54,784 bases of DNA from contig CANRGF010000001.1 of NCBI GenBank assembly GCA_947630075.1, forward strand, positions 1-54,784. Reading direction: 5' to 3'. Below, piece by piece: positions 7,819-17,350 of this stretch (its first letter is position 1; every line of letters begins with the position of its first letter). The stretch comes from an uncultured Clostridia bacterium. GTDB lineage: Bacteria; Bacillota; Clostridia; Christensenellales; UBA1242. Below the pieces are notes generated by a model. It worked only from the letters and a program-made list of their open reading frames with translations, made no database searches and was not told the DNA's origin. Both the position numbers and the translations under genes were made by a program.

Positions 7819-7985
7819 ATAGTGGCGGTTTATGCCGTGAAAGGTGCTTGACAAGAGATGGAATGAAAAATAATATCACAAAAGGCAAAGGAGACAGCAT
7901 AATACTTCTTCTTTGCCTTATTTATAGGGATAAAACCATTCCAGAGTTCTCTTGTCAAGTTCACCATGGAATAAATAGCCACTAT
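7819..7985. other. 167-nt extended imperfect hairpin (6S-RNA-like or MITE-like architecture; strand undetermined)
   Basis: S1 is ATAGTGGC 7819-7826 / GCCACTAT 7978-7985. S2 is GGTG+CTTGACAAGAGA 7843-7858 / TCTCTTGTCAAG 7948-7959 + CACC 7962-7965 (16 bp with a 2-nt bulge). S3 is TGGAATG 7859-7865 / CATTCCA 7937-7943. The apical stem is AAGGCAAAG 7882-7890 / CTTTGCCTT 7911-7919. There are two large internal loops, 16x12 nt and 16x17 nt. Confidence 0.7.
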
Positions 7986-9376
7986 GCAAAGAATTTTACA
8001 AGTATGTTATTTTTTTTAAGATTTTTGCTATGTAAATTTTTTGTAAAACTGAAAAGAAAAAAGCCCTGATGATTATCAGGACTTTTCAATGGACTGTTGA
8101 ATGTGATTTCAATTTCGTCATCAAATGCTTTAATTTCTTTAATTGCGTAATCTATAAGCATTTTGGGTTCAAGCTTTATTGCTTGTATGTAATATTCTTT
8201 AATTTCTTGTTTAGTTAACTTTACATTTGTTTTATTCTTTTCAATCAATATCAATTTTTCCAATTCTTCTATTTGCGTTTCTAACTCTTTCATTCGTTGA
8301 TTTGTTGTTTTGTTTATGATTCCGCTTTCTATCGCTTTCATAATGTTGTTTAAAATCGTTTTCGCTTCTTTTTGCTCATTCAACAGCGTTTTCAATGTTA
8401 AATTTATTTCTGTTGAATGTTCTTGTAATTTCATTAGATTGTTTATTAAAGTGTCAATGTATTTTGGCGAATTTAAAACATTTGTTATGCTTTCAATTAC
8501 AAAATTTTCTAATGTTTCTTTGCTTAATTTTAAAATTTCTTTTTCCGATAAAATTTGAGATTTATATAGATGTTTTTCATTATTGGGAAAGTATAATTGG
8601 TTTTCTAACAAGATGATTCCATTTGCATTAAAAAATTTTCTATATTCGGCCACAATTTCATCTATTGTTTTACACTTTTCATTTAAAGATTCATCCCACA
8701 ATTCATGATTTCCTAATACAAAAAAAGTTTTTGCAAAGAAATATTCTTCGTTATATAGTTTGAAAAACATTTTTAAAATTTCAAAGTTGAATGAAACATC
8801 CCCCACAAACAATATATTTTTATCACTACTCCAATGAAGTATGCTAGATTTAAGCGATTTTACAATATCTCTTAGATATTCAATTATCTCATTCTTATTA
8901 ACAGATTCTTTAAACTCTAAAAATAATTTATGATTTAAATGCAAATCGCTTATGTAAAATATTAAAAAATCATTATCATTCTCTAGGTCATCTTGAGACA
9001 ATCTTCTTGGAGCAATAAGTTCTAAAGAATTTGATGGTGTAAATTTTGCCAAAGGCAAGTCTTTACAAAATGCTTCATAAAATGCCGCATCATAAGTGCC
9101 TATTTTTATCATTGTCCTAGACGATAAAAGTGCATTTTTTAGGTTGTAATCTTTGGGATTGCAATCTCTAAAATCATATTCAATCAAATTCGCACCGTTC
9201 AAATTTTTCTTAACAGCTAAGTAAAATTCATCAAATGTTTTGTATGTTGATTCAATCTTATCTGCAAAACAGCCTAAATCTGCATTGTTCTTTATCACAT
9301 GAAACAAATTATCATCTTTTGAATAATATTTCTTGGTTATAATGTATCCCAAAAGGACCCCCTTATTTTTAATCAT
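7982..9376 (-). CDS. Chimeric ORF: truncated metallophosphoesterase fused in frame to the C-terminal remnant of a large serine recombinase
   Basis: Residues ~135-290 carry phosphoesterase motifs I-III (YISDLHLNH, VGDVSFN, VLGNHELWD). Residues ~295-440 form a coiled coil ending in ...DDEIEITFNSPL, typical of the C-terminal region of large serine recombinases. No resolvase catalytic domain is present. A minus-strand terminator-like hairpin (CCTGAT/ATCAGG plus T-run, 8051-8081) lies inside the last ~35 codons. Confidence 0.6.
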   Translation of the reverse strand: MIKNKGVLLGYIITKKYYSKDDNLFHVIKNNADLGCFADKIESTYKTFDEFYLAVKKNLNGANLIEYDFRDCNPKDYNLKNALLSSRTMIKIGTYDAAFYEAFCKDLPLAKFTPSNSLELIAPRRLSQDDLENDNDFLIFYISDLHLNHKLFLEFKESVNKNEIIEYLRDIVKSLKSSILHWSSDKNILFVGDVSFNFEILKMFFKLYNEEYFFAKTFFVLGNHELWDESLNEKCKTIDEIVAEYRKFFNANGIILLENQLYFPNNEKHLYKSQILSEKEILKLSKETLENFVIESITNVLNSPKYIDTLINNLMKLQEHSTEINLTLKTLLNEQKEAKTILNNIMKAIESGIINKTTNQRMKELETQIEELEKLILIEKNKTNVKLTKQEIKEYYIQAIKLEPKMLIDYAIKEIKAFDDEIEITFNSPLKSPDNHQGFFLFSFTKNLHSKNLKKNNILVKFFA

Positions 9377-9496
9377 TATAACACAGATTTATTTTTTTTG
9401 ATAAGCAAAAATGTTCAATTTAAGTCTTTTAATGTCGGGTTTTGATAATTTAGTGATCATTATATAAATATTTCTAAAATATTTTTAAAAAAATCG

Positions 9497-9523
9497 TTGA
9501 AATGTGAAAAAATGTGATATAAT
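9497..9523 (+). promoter_or_regulatory. Possible extended -10 promoter for the COG0523 gene
   Basis: TTGAAA (9497-9502), a 15-nt spacer, then TGATATAAT (TATAAT = 9518-9523). The spacer is shorter than optimal. Confidence 0.35.
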
Positions 9524-9547
9524 TATACGAGATTTAAAGGAGATATT

Positions 9548-10762
9548 ATGAAAGAGTTTAAAACTATTCCTATCACACTTGTAACGGGTTATCTTGGCAG
9601 TGGCAAAACCACGCTTTTAAACCACATCTTGGCAAACACTAAGGGTTATAAGGTGGCTGTTATAGTGAACGATATTGGCGAAGTGAATATTGATGCCGAC
9701 CTAATTGAAAAAGGCGGAATTGTAAACAAAAAAGAAGAAAGCCTGGTTGCCCTTCAAAACGGATGCATTTGCTGCACGCTAAGAAAAGATTTAATTGAGC
9801 AGTTGCACGAAATCATCAAGCAAAAGAGATTTGACCACATCATTATTGAAGCGAGTGGCATTTGCGAGCCCATTCCTATTGCGCAAACAATCAATTTTTT
9901 AACTGACAGCTTTAAAAAGCAAGGAATGCCAATTTTCTGCAAACTTGATGCCATTGTTAGCGTTGTGGACACACTGCGCATGGTGCAAGAATTTGGCTGT
10001 GGCGATGAACTTTTGAAAAAGGATATTGAAGAAGACGACATCGAAAATCTTGTTATCCAACAGATTGAATTTTGCGACATATTAATCATGAACAAAGTGA
10101 GCGATGTTAGTGCAGATGAATTAAAGCGTGTGAAACGCATAATCAAGAGCCTTCAACCAAAAGCCAAGTTGATTGAAGCGGACTATTCTAATGTGGACCT
10201 AAGCGAGATTTTAGACACCAACTTATTTGACATGGAAAATGTGCTCACTTCTGCTGGCTGGTTCCAGGAAATTGACAAAGACATTGACGATGATGACCAT
10301 GATGAAGATGAGGACGAAGATGAAGATGATGACGAGAGCGAGCATCACGAACACAATCACCACCATCATCACCACCACGACCACGAAGGCGGTGAAACGG
10401 AAGAATATGGCATTGGCACATTTGTTTACTATCGCAGGCGTCCGTTTGACAGACTAAAATTTGAAAATTGGGCAAATAATGACTACGGCAAGCAGATAAT
10501 CCGCACAAAGGGTTTGGTTTATTTCACCAACGATAAAAACATGAGTTATATTTACGAGCAAGCGGGAAGGCAAAGAATGCTTAGCGAGAATGGTCCGTGG
10601 TATGCCACTCTGCCAAAATATCAAATTGAGCAACTGCTTTTAAACGATGAAAAATTCCGCCACGATTGGGACGAAACCTATGGCGATAGAATGATAAAAC
10701 TTGTGTTTATCGGCCAACATATCAACAAGGCAAAGATAACTGAAGAGCTAGATAAAATTTAG
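9548..10762 (+). CDS. COG0523/CobW-family GTPase metallochaperone (zinc-homeostasis type)
   Basis: P-loop is GYLGSGKTTLLN. The metal-binding motif GCICCT is present. An acidic and His-rich insert reads DDDDHDEDEDEDEDDDESEHHEHNHHHHHHHDHE. The CobW C-terminal domain is present. Confidence 0.9.
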   Translation: MKEFKTIPITLVTGYLGSGKTTLLNHILANTKGYKVAVIVNDIGEVNIDADLIEKGGIVNKKEESLVALQNGCICCTLRKDLIEQLHEIIKQKRFDHIIIEASGICEPIPIAQTINFLTDSFKKQGMPIFCKLDAIVSVVDTLRMVQEFGCGDELLKKDIEEDDIENLVIQQIEFCDILIMNKVSDVSADELKRVKRIIKSLQPKAKLIEADYSNVDLSEILDTNLFDMENVLTSAGWFQEIDKDIDDDDHDEDEDEDEDDDESEHHEHNHHHHHHHDHEGGETEEYGIGTFVYYRRRPFDRLKFENWANNDYGKQIIRTKGLVYFTNDKNMSYIYEQAGRQRMLSENGPWYATLPKYQIEQLLLNDEKFRHDWDETYGDRMIKLVFIGQHINKAKITEELDKI

Positions 10763-10776
10763 TGTTGTAAGAAAAA

Positions 10777-10799
10777 AAGCGGATTGCCCCGCTTTTTTT
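10777..10799 (+). terminator. Intrinsic terminator
   Basis: AAGCGG / CCGCTT stem with loop ATTGCC, followed by TTTTTTT. Confidence 0.7.
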
Positions 10800-10810
10800 A
10801 ATTATGCAAT

Positions 10811-10832
10811 AAAAAAACGAGCCTAAGCTCGT
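10811..10832 (-). terminator. Intrinsic terminator for the 10832..11311 gene
   Basis: ACGAGC (10817-10822) pairs with GCTCGT (10827-10832), loop CTAA. On the minus strand it is followed by TTTTTTT. Confidence 0.6.
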
Positions 10833-11311
10833 TAAATTCCTGCAGTAACTTTATTTGCTTTTGATTTTTTAGTTTTAGCAGCAGGCTTTTTAGCCGATTT
10901 CTTGGTGCCATAATCAATGTCGCCTATAATTTGACCAGATGGGCTTGCTGCCAATTTGGCATGGTCTAGGTCTGCAATCATTTGATTTAACAACTCTTCA
11001 AAGCCGCACATCTCTGCCACATAAGAAGCGTCCGCTTTGCCAAAAGCCTTATAAACAGCTTCCAAAAATTGATAGTTGAACGCTCTATCTGATTTAAGAT
11101 ATTTGTGAATATACTGATAAAAATAATTTTTGCAAAGGCGTGGTTTTTGAGTTTTGCCTGCAGCTTCAATCAAAAATCCCCTATCATTTAGCAAAATGCC
11201 AAACTTTTCAATGGATTTGTGGTCATAACCAGCCAAAATGCCTGCTGCTTCGCGCTTTTCCTCGCTGAAAATTTCAGTTTTCTTCTTGATTAATTTTTTT
11301 GAACTTTCCAT
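10832..11311 (-). CDS. Hypothetical protein with a Lys-rich C-terminal tail
   Basis: 159-aa ORF with RBS AAAGGAGAA. The tail reads KKSAKKPAAKTKKSKANK. Confidence 0.65.
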   Translation of the reverse strand: MESSKKLIKKKTEIFSEEKREAAGILAGYDHKSIEKFGILLNDRGFLIEAAGKTQKPRLCKNYFYQYIHKYLKSDRAFNYQFLEAVYKAFGKADASYVAEMCGFEELLNQMIADLDHAKLAASPSGQIIGDIDYGTKKSAKKPAAKTKKSKANKVTAGI

Positions 11312-11461
11312 GGTTTCTCCTTTGTTAATTGATTTATTTATTATATCTTAAAATTTTTAGTTGTCAAGCGTAAATTAAAATTTTATTGAAATTTTCTCTT
11401 AATTTATTATATGCACTTTAAACATTTTGACCTAATTAGCCACAAAAACCCAATTAATGTG

Positions 11462-11489
11462 TTGAAAATTTGAATTTATATGTTATAAT
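11462..11489 (+). promoter_or_regulatory. Promoter of pth (leaderless configuration)
   Basis: TTGAAA (11462-11467), a 16-nt spacer, then TGTTATAAT (TATAAT = 11484-11489). ATG at 11496 lies only 6 nt downstream and there is no SD. Confidence 0.6.
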
Positions 11490-11495
11490 ATAACT

Positions 11496-12026
11496 ATGAA
11501 AATAATAGTTGGACTGGGCAATCCAGATGGAAAATATAAAAACACATATCATAATGTTGGTTTCAGCGTTGTGGATTTTTTTGCACAACAAAAACACTTA
11601 AAATTTAGCACAAAAAAGTGCAAGGCTGAAATTGCCGTTGCAGATGATTTTGTGCTTGCCAAACCGCAAACATACATGAATTTAAGCGGTGATAGTGTGG
11701 CAGAATTAAAAAAATATTATAAAGCAAAGTTGGAAGACATTTTGATTGTTCTTGACGATATAGACCAGCCAAAAGGTAGGGTGCGTTTTCGTCTGTCCGG
11801 CTCAGCAGGCACGCACAATGGCTTGAGAGATATTGTGGCAAAGGTGGGCAGCACTCCTCGTTTGCGCGTGGGCATTGGGCGAGATGCTTCAATGGATTTA
11901 AGAGATTATGTGCTCAGCGTGATAGACCAGCCAAGCCAAGAAATCCTTGCTCTATCAAGAGAGCACGCGTGCGATTTGATTGAAAAGTTTATAAGCGGTG
12001 AATTATGCCAAGATATAACGATTTAG
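11496..12026 (+). CDS. pth: Peptidyl-tRNA hydrolase
   Basis: N-terminus MKIIVGLGNPDGKYKNTYHNVGF, plus GTHNGLRD, and the conserved pth-mfd gene order. Confidence 0.93.
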   Translation: MKIIVGLGNPDGKYKNTYHNVGFSVVDFFAQQKHLKFSTKKCKAEIAVADDFVLAKPQTYMNLSGDSVAELKKYYKAKLEDILIVLDDIDQPKGRVRFRLSGSAGTHNGLRDIVAKVGSTPRLRVGIGRDASMDLRDYVLSVIDQPSQEILALSREHACDLIEKFISGELCQDITI

Positions 12027-15000
12027 CAAAGGCAGGTTCTGCCCCAATTTTCTGCCACAATATAGGTTTTGGAGAGAGTGGTGCTGTTTTATCAAAAATA
12101 AAATCTGCCGTTGCAATTTTCCCAAACATTGTTGAAGCAAGAAACATGAAATCTCAACTTGACGCTCTCAATAAAGATTGCGTGATTATTGACGATTTCG
12201 ACAAACCCTTCACACTTTCAAAATTTCAAAGTGAAGACAATAAATATGATTTAATAAATGCTCTTTTTCATCTATGTTATTTCAACACAATCGTTTTAAC
12301 CACTCCCGAATTTTTCTTTATGTCCTTATTAGATTTTGATGTTTTTAAGTCCAAGGTTTTCGAAATAAAAAAAGGTGGAGATTATAAAATTGAAGACCTT
12401 GAAAAATCACTTGCCCAAATTGGTTATAAAAAAGTGGACAGCGTAACATCTCGTGGCGAGTTTGCAAGAAGGGGCGATATTTTAGACATCTTCAACACAA
12501 TTAGTCCGCACCCCACCCGCTTTGATTTCTTTGACACCTTGGTTGAAAAAATAAACAATTTCGATGCGCTAACATTTGAAAAATTAGATGAGTTGGAAAG
12601 CGTTAAAATTGCGCCAAACAGTCTAACAATGTTTTTAGATAAACCCGCCATCATCAAAAAATTATCCTCTCTTCAAAATGAAAATAATTTGTTTTTTGAT
12701 TTGATTGGCTTAGTTGAGCGGGACGAAAATGTGCCGCTAGAATTTTTACTTTTTTCAAACAGTGTTATAAATGCTTTCAACTTAAATGTGCCAATCGCAA
12801 TTTCAAATTGTTTGGAAGTGGAAAGCAAAACAAACAAACTTTTAACTTCGATTAATGAACGAATTGAAAATGTGTTTAAATCAAAAAAGGTGGAAAATTT
12901 TTATAAATTTAGTGAAAAATATATAAATTTTGATGAAATTTTAAAAAATTATGGCAATAATTTAATCTTTTTTGAAAATTTTGATATAAACACAATTGAA
13001 TTAAAACACAAATTATCATCTACTCCAATTCAAATAGATTTTCAAACAAAACACTTTTCAAATTATCTAAATAACCTTGACGCTTTAAAAAATGAATTGG
13101 TGGAAGATAAAAAAATTTATTTGTGCCTATCCAACCAAAACACCATTGCCACAATAAAAGATATTTTTTCAAAACTCAACATCAATTATTCAACCAATAA
13201 AAACTCAAAAGGAATTATCTTAACAGATTTAAACATTCCATATAATATTTGTTTTAAAGACGAAGATAAATACTACATCGGCGCATCAAACTTTGCTCAC
13301 AAAAAAGAAACAAAGACACAAAAAAAATCTCAAGTGAAATATCTGCCAAAGGCGGGCGAATATGTGGTGCACAATGTGCACGGCATTGGCAAGTGTGAAG
13401 GTGTGGTTAGTTTAAATGTGCAAGGCGTGGAAAAAGAGTTTTTCAAACTAACCTATCTAAAAGGCGACACTCTTTATGTGCCATGCGAAAATGCCGATGT
13501 GCTCACTCTTTACATGGCAGATGACGCAAATGTGAAATTAAACAAACTTGGTGGCAAAGAATTTGAAATGCAAAAAATTAAGGCTGCCAAAGCGATTGAA
13601 GAGATGAGCAAAGAGTTGATAGAACTCTATGCCAAGCGCAAAGCGAGCAAGGGCTTCAAATTTAGCGAAGACGACTATCTTTATCTTGAATTTGAAAATG
13701 CGTTTGAATATAGCGAAACGGCAGACCAACTTCAAGCCATTAGCGATGTTAAAAAAGATATGATTTCTGGCAAAGTGATGGATAGGCTGATTTGTGGAGA
13801 TGTTGGGTTTGGCAAAACAGAAGTGGCAATGCGCGCAATGTTTAAGGCGGTGGAAGATGGCAAACAAGTGGCAATCCTTGCCCCAACCACAATCCTTTCA
13901 ATGCAACACTATGAAACGGCAAAAAAGCGCACTGAAAATTTTGGCGTTGCTGTTGAAATGCTGAATAGGTTTAGGTCAGCTAAAGAGCAAAAAAAGATTG
14001 TGGAAGATCTAAAAAGTGGGAAAATCAATGTTATATGTGGCACGCACCGTCTTTTGAGTGAAGATGTGAAATTTAAAGACTTGGGACTGCTAATTTTGGA
14101 TGAAGAGCAGCGTTTTGGAGTTAAGGCAAAAGAGCAGATTAAACAGATGAAAAACAATGTTGATGTGCTCACTCTATCCGCCACCCCTATCCCGCGCACC
14201 TTGAGTATGTCGCTTATGAATATTCGTGATATAAGCATAATAAACACTCCGCCAACAAACCGCCTTCCAATTAAAACTTATGTGTTGGCATACGACGAAG
14301 ATGTGGTGGCAAACGCAATTAATGAAGAAATAAATCGTGGCGGGCAAGTGTTGGTTGTGTTTAACAACATCGAAAAGATTTATGCCTTTGCAGCACGCTT
14401 GCAAGACAAGGTGAACAATGAAAATGCCAAATTCGATGTGGCGCACGGGAGAATGACGGGTTTGGCTCTTGAAAATGCCATCAAACGGCTGTATGACCAC
14501 GAAACAAATGTGTTTGTGTCCACCACCCTAATCGAGAACGGAGTGGACTTGCCAAAAGCCAACACTTTGATTGTTATTGACAGCGACCACATGGGGCTTG
14601 GGCAGATGTATCAGTTGAGAGGAAGAGTTGGGCGCAACGGCGAGCAAGCGTATGCTTATTTTACCTACAAAAAAGATAAAGCACTCAGCGAAGAAGCGTC
14701 ATCAAGGCTGCAAGCGATTGCTGAAAACACAGAACTTGGCAGCGGCTTTAAGATTGCCATGCGAGATTTGCAAATTAGGGGTGCGGGCGAAATTTTAGGC
14801 AAAGTGCAGCACGGACACTTGATTAAGATTGGCTATGATATGTATCAAAAATTATTAAATGACACTCTGCGCCGTCTTTCAGGTGAAAAGGTGCTCACCG
14901 AGCGCGAAATTAAGATAGACATTGCCGTGCCAACAAAAATTCCTTATTCTTTCGTTGAGGACGAGGGTGAAAGGCTAAAAATTGTGGCAAAAATGGCAAA

Positions 15001-15325
15001 TATAACGGACAAAACTTCTGCAAAAGATGCTATTGCCGACCTAATTAAAGTGTATGGAAAACTGCCAAGAGAGATTTATAACCTTGCAAACATCGCCCTA
15101 ATAAAAGCGTTGGGCATAAGCAAGAGCGTTAAGCAGATAAGCATAAATAAATATAGCGGATCTATTGTTTTCTATGCAGATGTGGACACTCAGGCTCTGA
15201 TTAAAAAACTAAGCAATTTCAAGCATTTTAGGCTGGTGAACGCCGGCTTGCCAACAATTAGCCTAGATATGCATGAGTTTAGCGCACTAACAGCCATGAA
15301 CTATTTAATTGAGTTTTTGGGCTAA
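12005..15325 (+). CDS. mfd: Transcription-repair coupling factor
   Basis: 1106 aa. It has a CarD-like segment (YVVHNVHGIGK), superfamily-2 helicase motifs (GDVGFGKTEVA, DEEQRFG, LSATPIPRT, QLRGRVGR) and a TRCF C-terminal domain. Confidence 0.93.
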   Translation: MPRYNDLAKAGSAPIFCHNIGFGESGAVLSKIKSAVAIFPNIVEARNMKSQLDALNKDCVIIDDFDKPFTLSKFQSEDNKYDLINALFHLCYFNTIVLTTPEFFFMSLLDFDVFKSKVFEIKKGGDYKIEDLEKSLAQIGYKKVDSVTSRGEFARRGDILDIFNTISPHPTRFDFFDTLVEKINNFDALTFEKLDELESVKIAPNSLTMFLDKPAIIKKLSSLQNENNLFFDLIGLVERDENVPLEFLLFSNSVINAFNLNVPIAISNCLEVESKTNKLLTSINERIENVFKSKKVENFYKFSEKYINFDEILKNYGNNLIFFENFDINTIELKHKLSSTPIQIDFQTKHFSNYLNNLDALKNELVEDKKIYLCLSNQNTIATIKDIFSKLNINYSTNKNSKGIILTDLNIPYNICFKDEDKYYIGASNFAHKKETKTQKKSQVKYLPKAGEYVVHNVHGIGKCEGVVSLNVQGVEKEFFKLTYLKGDTLYVPCENADVLTLYMADDANVKLNKLGGKEFEMQKIKAAKAIEEMSKELIELYAKRKASKGFKFSEDDYLYLEFENAFEYSETADQLQAISDVKKDMISGKVMDRLICGDVGFGKTEVAMRAMFKAVEDGKQVAILAPTTILSMQHYETAKKRTENFGVAVEMLNRFRSAKEQKKIVEDLKSGKINVICGTHRLLSEDVKFKDLGLLILDEEQRFGVKAKEQIKQMKNNVDVLTLSATPIPRTLSMSLMNIRDISIINTPPTNRLPIKTYVLAYDEDVVANAINEEINRGGQVLVVFNNIEKIYAFAARLQDKVNNENAKFDVAHGRMTGLALENAIKRLYDHETNVFVSTTLIENGVDLPKANTLIVIDSDHMGLGQMYQLRGRVGRNGEQAYAYFTYKKDKALSEEASSRLQAIAENTELGSGFKIAMRDLQIRGAGEILGKVQHGHLIKIGYDMYQKLLNDTLRRLSGEKVLTEREIKIDIAVPTKIPYSFVEDEGERLKIVAKMANITDKTSAKDAIADLIKVYGKLPREIYNLANIALIKALGISKSVKQISINKYSGSIVFYADVDTQALIKKLSNFKHFRLVNAGLPTISLDMHEFSALTAMNYLIEFLG

Positions 15326-15339
15326 AGCGCTCAAATCTC

Positions 15340-15368
15340 TTGCAATTTCTTATAAAATACGCTATAAT
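15340..15368 (+). promoter_or_regulatory. Sigma-A promoter for the PrsA/SurA-like lipoprotein gene
   Basis: TTGCAA (15340-15345), a 17-nt spacer, then TATAAT (15363-15368). Confidence 0.7.
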
Positions 15369-15395
15369 AGTCAAATATTATATTGGAGTGATATC

Positions 15396-17321
15396 GTGAA
15401 AAAATTATCAGCATTAATTATTTGTTTTTTATTGATTTTAACTTGCGCCCTATCCGGCTGCGCGGGTTTTTCGGTTAATAGAGTTAAATACTACAACGAA
15501 GTTTTGGCAACTGTTGGTGATGAAGAAATCACTAGATATGAGCTTTTAAATGCTTATTCCAACCCTTCATACAATCAAAATTACTATAGTTCCACCGAAG
15601 ATGAGGCAGACGCTTTAAATAACACGCTAGACATGTTAATTAACAGGGAAGCCATCTACCAATATGCGGTTAATTTCAAGCCTAATGGTGGCGGAGCAAA
15701 CCCATACAAGCCAACCCCTTATCAGGTAAACAGCATGGTGGAGGACATTTTCTCTTCGCTTGATAGCCAACTAAGCACATACATCAGCGAAGCTAGAAAA
15801 GTTTATAAACTTAGCGATAAAACAGAGAGTGATGAGGAAAGCTCCACTAATGAGAGCAGCACAATTTATAAACTTGCAGACTACACTTACACCCCTCGTG
15901 CAACCTTAAGAAAAGTTACCACCACGGCTGGAGAAAAGCAAACTGTTAGTTATAAAATTTATTATGAAAAGACGCCAGAAAAGGCAAATTTTGAAAAACT
16001 TATTGATGATAAATTCTTAGAAAATCCTGCTTCGAGCGACATTGTGAAAGAAATCCAGAAAAAATACTTTGAAATTGGCAACGAAAAGGGCCATTTAATC
16101 ACAAATCTTGAAGAGTCGGATGGCGACAATGCAAACCTAATTTATGCTTACACAATCAAGAGACTATGTGCCCAACTGATAGACAATGAATATTATTTGA
16201 GAGATAAAAACGGCAAGCCTTATAGCAAAACCACTAACGATCTAATTTATAGGCTCATTGAAAGAATGTATGAGGACGAGCTTAAAAATGGTTATCTCAC
16301 AAATGTGGAAAATGTTTATTTGAGCGACCCAGACAATCTATCAGTGGACGCACTTATTGACGCATTTAAAGATGTTTATTCATACAATGTTCAAAAGTAT
16401 GCAGACGGGCATTTGAATAGTTATAATACAGACATTATCAGCACAAACACTGACGTTGAGCAAGTGTTCTATCACCCAAATGGCAAAGATGTGGCTAATT
16501 ATGGATATTTCCTTCACGCTTTGTTCCAATTCAGTGATGAAGATAAAGCTGCTCTTGGCGGATATAACGAAAGCACATATAAATTTAATAACGCTGATGA
16601 TGACGACTTCGTGAGCAAATTGCTAGACATTAAAGTTACTAAGCGCAATGAATATGGCATTGAAACAAGCAAAAACGAGCAAGGTAAAGATTTAACTCTT
16701 AGAGATGTGTTGAATAGCCAGCAATATAAAGACCTTATGGCAAAGCCTAACCTTGAAGAATTTGTGAAGTTTATGTTTAACTACACGCAAGACACTGCAA
16801 CTCTCACTTCTGGTGCTCCTTATGTGGTGGGAGATTACGATGAGAGCAACGGCGAAACCTTCTCTTCTCACAGCAGCATGCAAAAAGCATTCACAGATGA
16901 AGCAATCAAATTAATGAATTCCAATGCTGGTCCTATGAGCGTGCTAACCGAGGGTTCAGCAGTGGCAGACTTCTGCATCACTAGTTATGGCATCCACATT
17001 GTTTACTATGTAGGTCCTGTCTATTCAAACGATGTGCCTTATGCTTCACTTAATGGTGTGTATATGCAAACCGACAATAAATCAACAGACGCTCAGGGTT
17101 TATTAAACTTGAACAAATTATACCCTAACCCTGTTGCCGAACTTAGAGGCAAAACTTTATTTGATGTGTTGTTTGATATGGTTTATCCATCTTCTTCTAA
17201 TGGCTACACTTCTAATTCTCAATATTCAAGTTATCAAGAAGATTTGGCAAATAAGGCAAAAGAAATTTATAAGGTTACAAAATACACAGATAGGATTAAA
17301 GCCACTTCCACTTCGATTTAA
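15396..17321 (+). CDS. Lipoprotein, PrsA/SurA-like foldase candidate (degenerate parvulin region)
   Basis: I prefer the GTG start at 15396 after GGAG, since the track start at 15309 lies upstream of the promoter. The signal peptide with lipobox reads KKLSALIICFLLILTCALSGC. There is a SurA-N-like segment (EVLATVGDEEITRYELLNAY) and a rotamase-like ITSYGIHIVYY. The position after mfd matches many Bacillota. Confidence 0.65.
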   Translation: MKKLSALIICFLLILTCALSGCAGFSVNRVKYYNEVLATVGDEEITRYELLNAYSNPSYNQNYYSSTEDEADALNNTLDMLINREAIYQYAVNFKPNGGGANPYKPTPYQVNSMVEDIFSSLDSQLSTYISEARKVYKLSDKTESDEESSTNESSTIYKLADYTYTPRATLRKVTTTAGEKQTVSYKIYYEKTPEKANFEKLIDDKFLENPASSDIVKEIQKKYFEIGNEKGHLITNLEESDGDNANLIYAYTIKRLCAQLIDNEYYLRDKNGKPYSKTTNDLIYRLIERMYEDELKNGYLTNVENVYLSDPDNLSVDALIDAFKDVYSYNVQKYADGHLNSYNTDIISTNTDVEQVFYHPNGKDVANYGYFLHALFQFSDEDKAALGGYNESTYKFNNADDDDFVSKLLDIKVTKRNEYGIETSKNEQGKDLTLRDVLNSQQYKDLMAKPNLEEFVKFMFNYTQDTATLTSGAPYVVGDYDESNGETFSSHSSMQKAFTDEAIKLMNSNAGPMSVLTEGSAVADFCITSYGIHIVYYVGPVYSNDVPYASLNGVYMQTDNKSTDAQGLLNLNKLYPNPVAELRGKTLFDVLFDMVYPSSSNGYTSNSQYSSYQEDLANKAKEIYKVTKYTDRIKATSTSI

Positions 17322-17350
17322 AAAAAACTCACTAAAAGTGAGTTTTTTTA
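17322..17350. terminator. Bidirectional intrinsic terminator
   Basis: AACTCAC (17326-17332) pairs with GTGAGTT (17338-17344), flanked by A-runs and T-runs. Confidence 0.7.

Larger units (their letters stand above)
7394..9540. mobile_element. AT-rich island at the 3' side of tRNA-fMet; likely a decayed integrative-element remnant
   Basis: The region is visibly more AT-rich than the flanking genes. It contains the tail of a serine recombinase with no catalytic domain, two orphan ORFs and a long hairpin element. No direct repeat of the tRNA 3' end was found by eye. Confidence 0.4.

Noticed and set aside
10280-10390. The Asp/Glu/His-rich low-complexity DNA (GATGA/CACCA runs), considered as a possible repeat element or frameshift hotspot
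   Set aside because: It is in frame within the COG0523 GTPase and encodes the acidic/poly-His metal-binding insert common in this family. I found no convincing Zur-box palindrome upstream (9380-9547).
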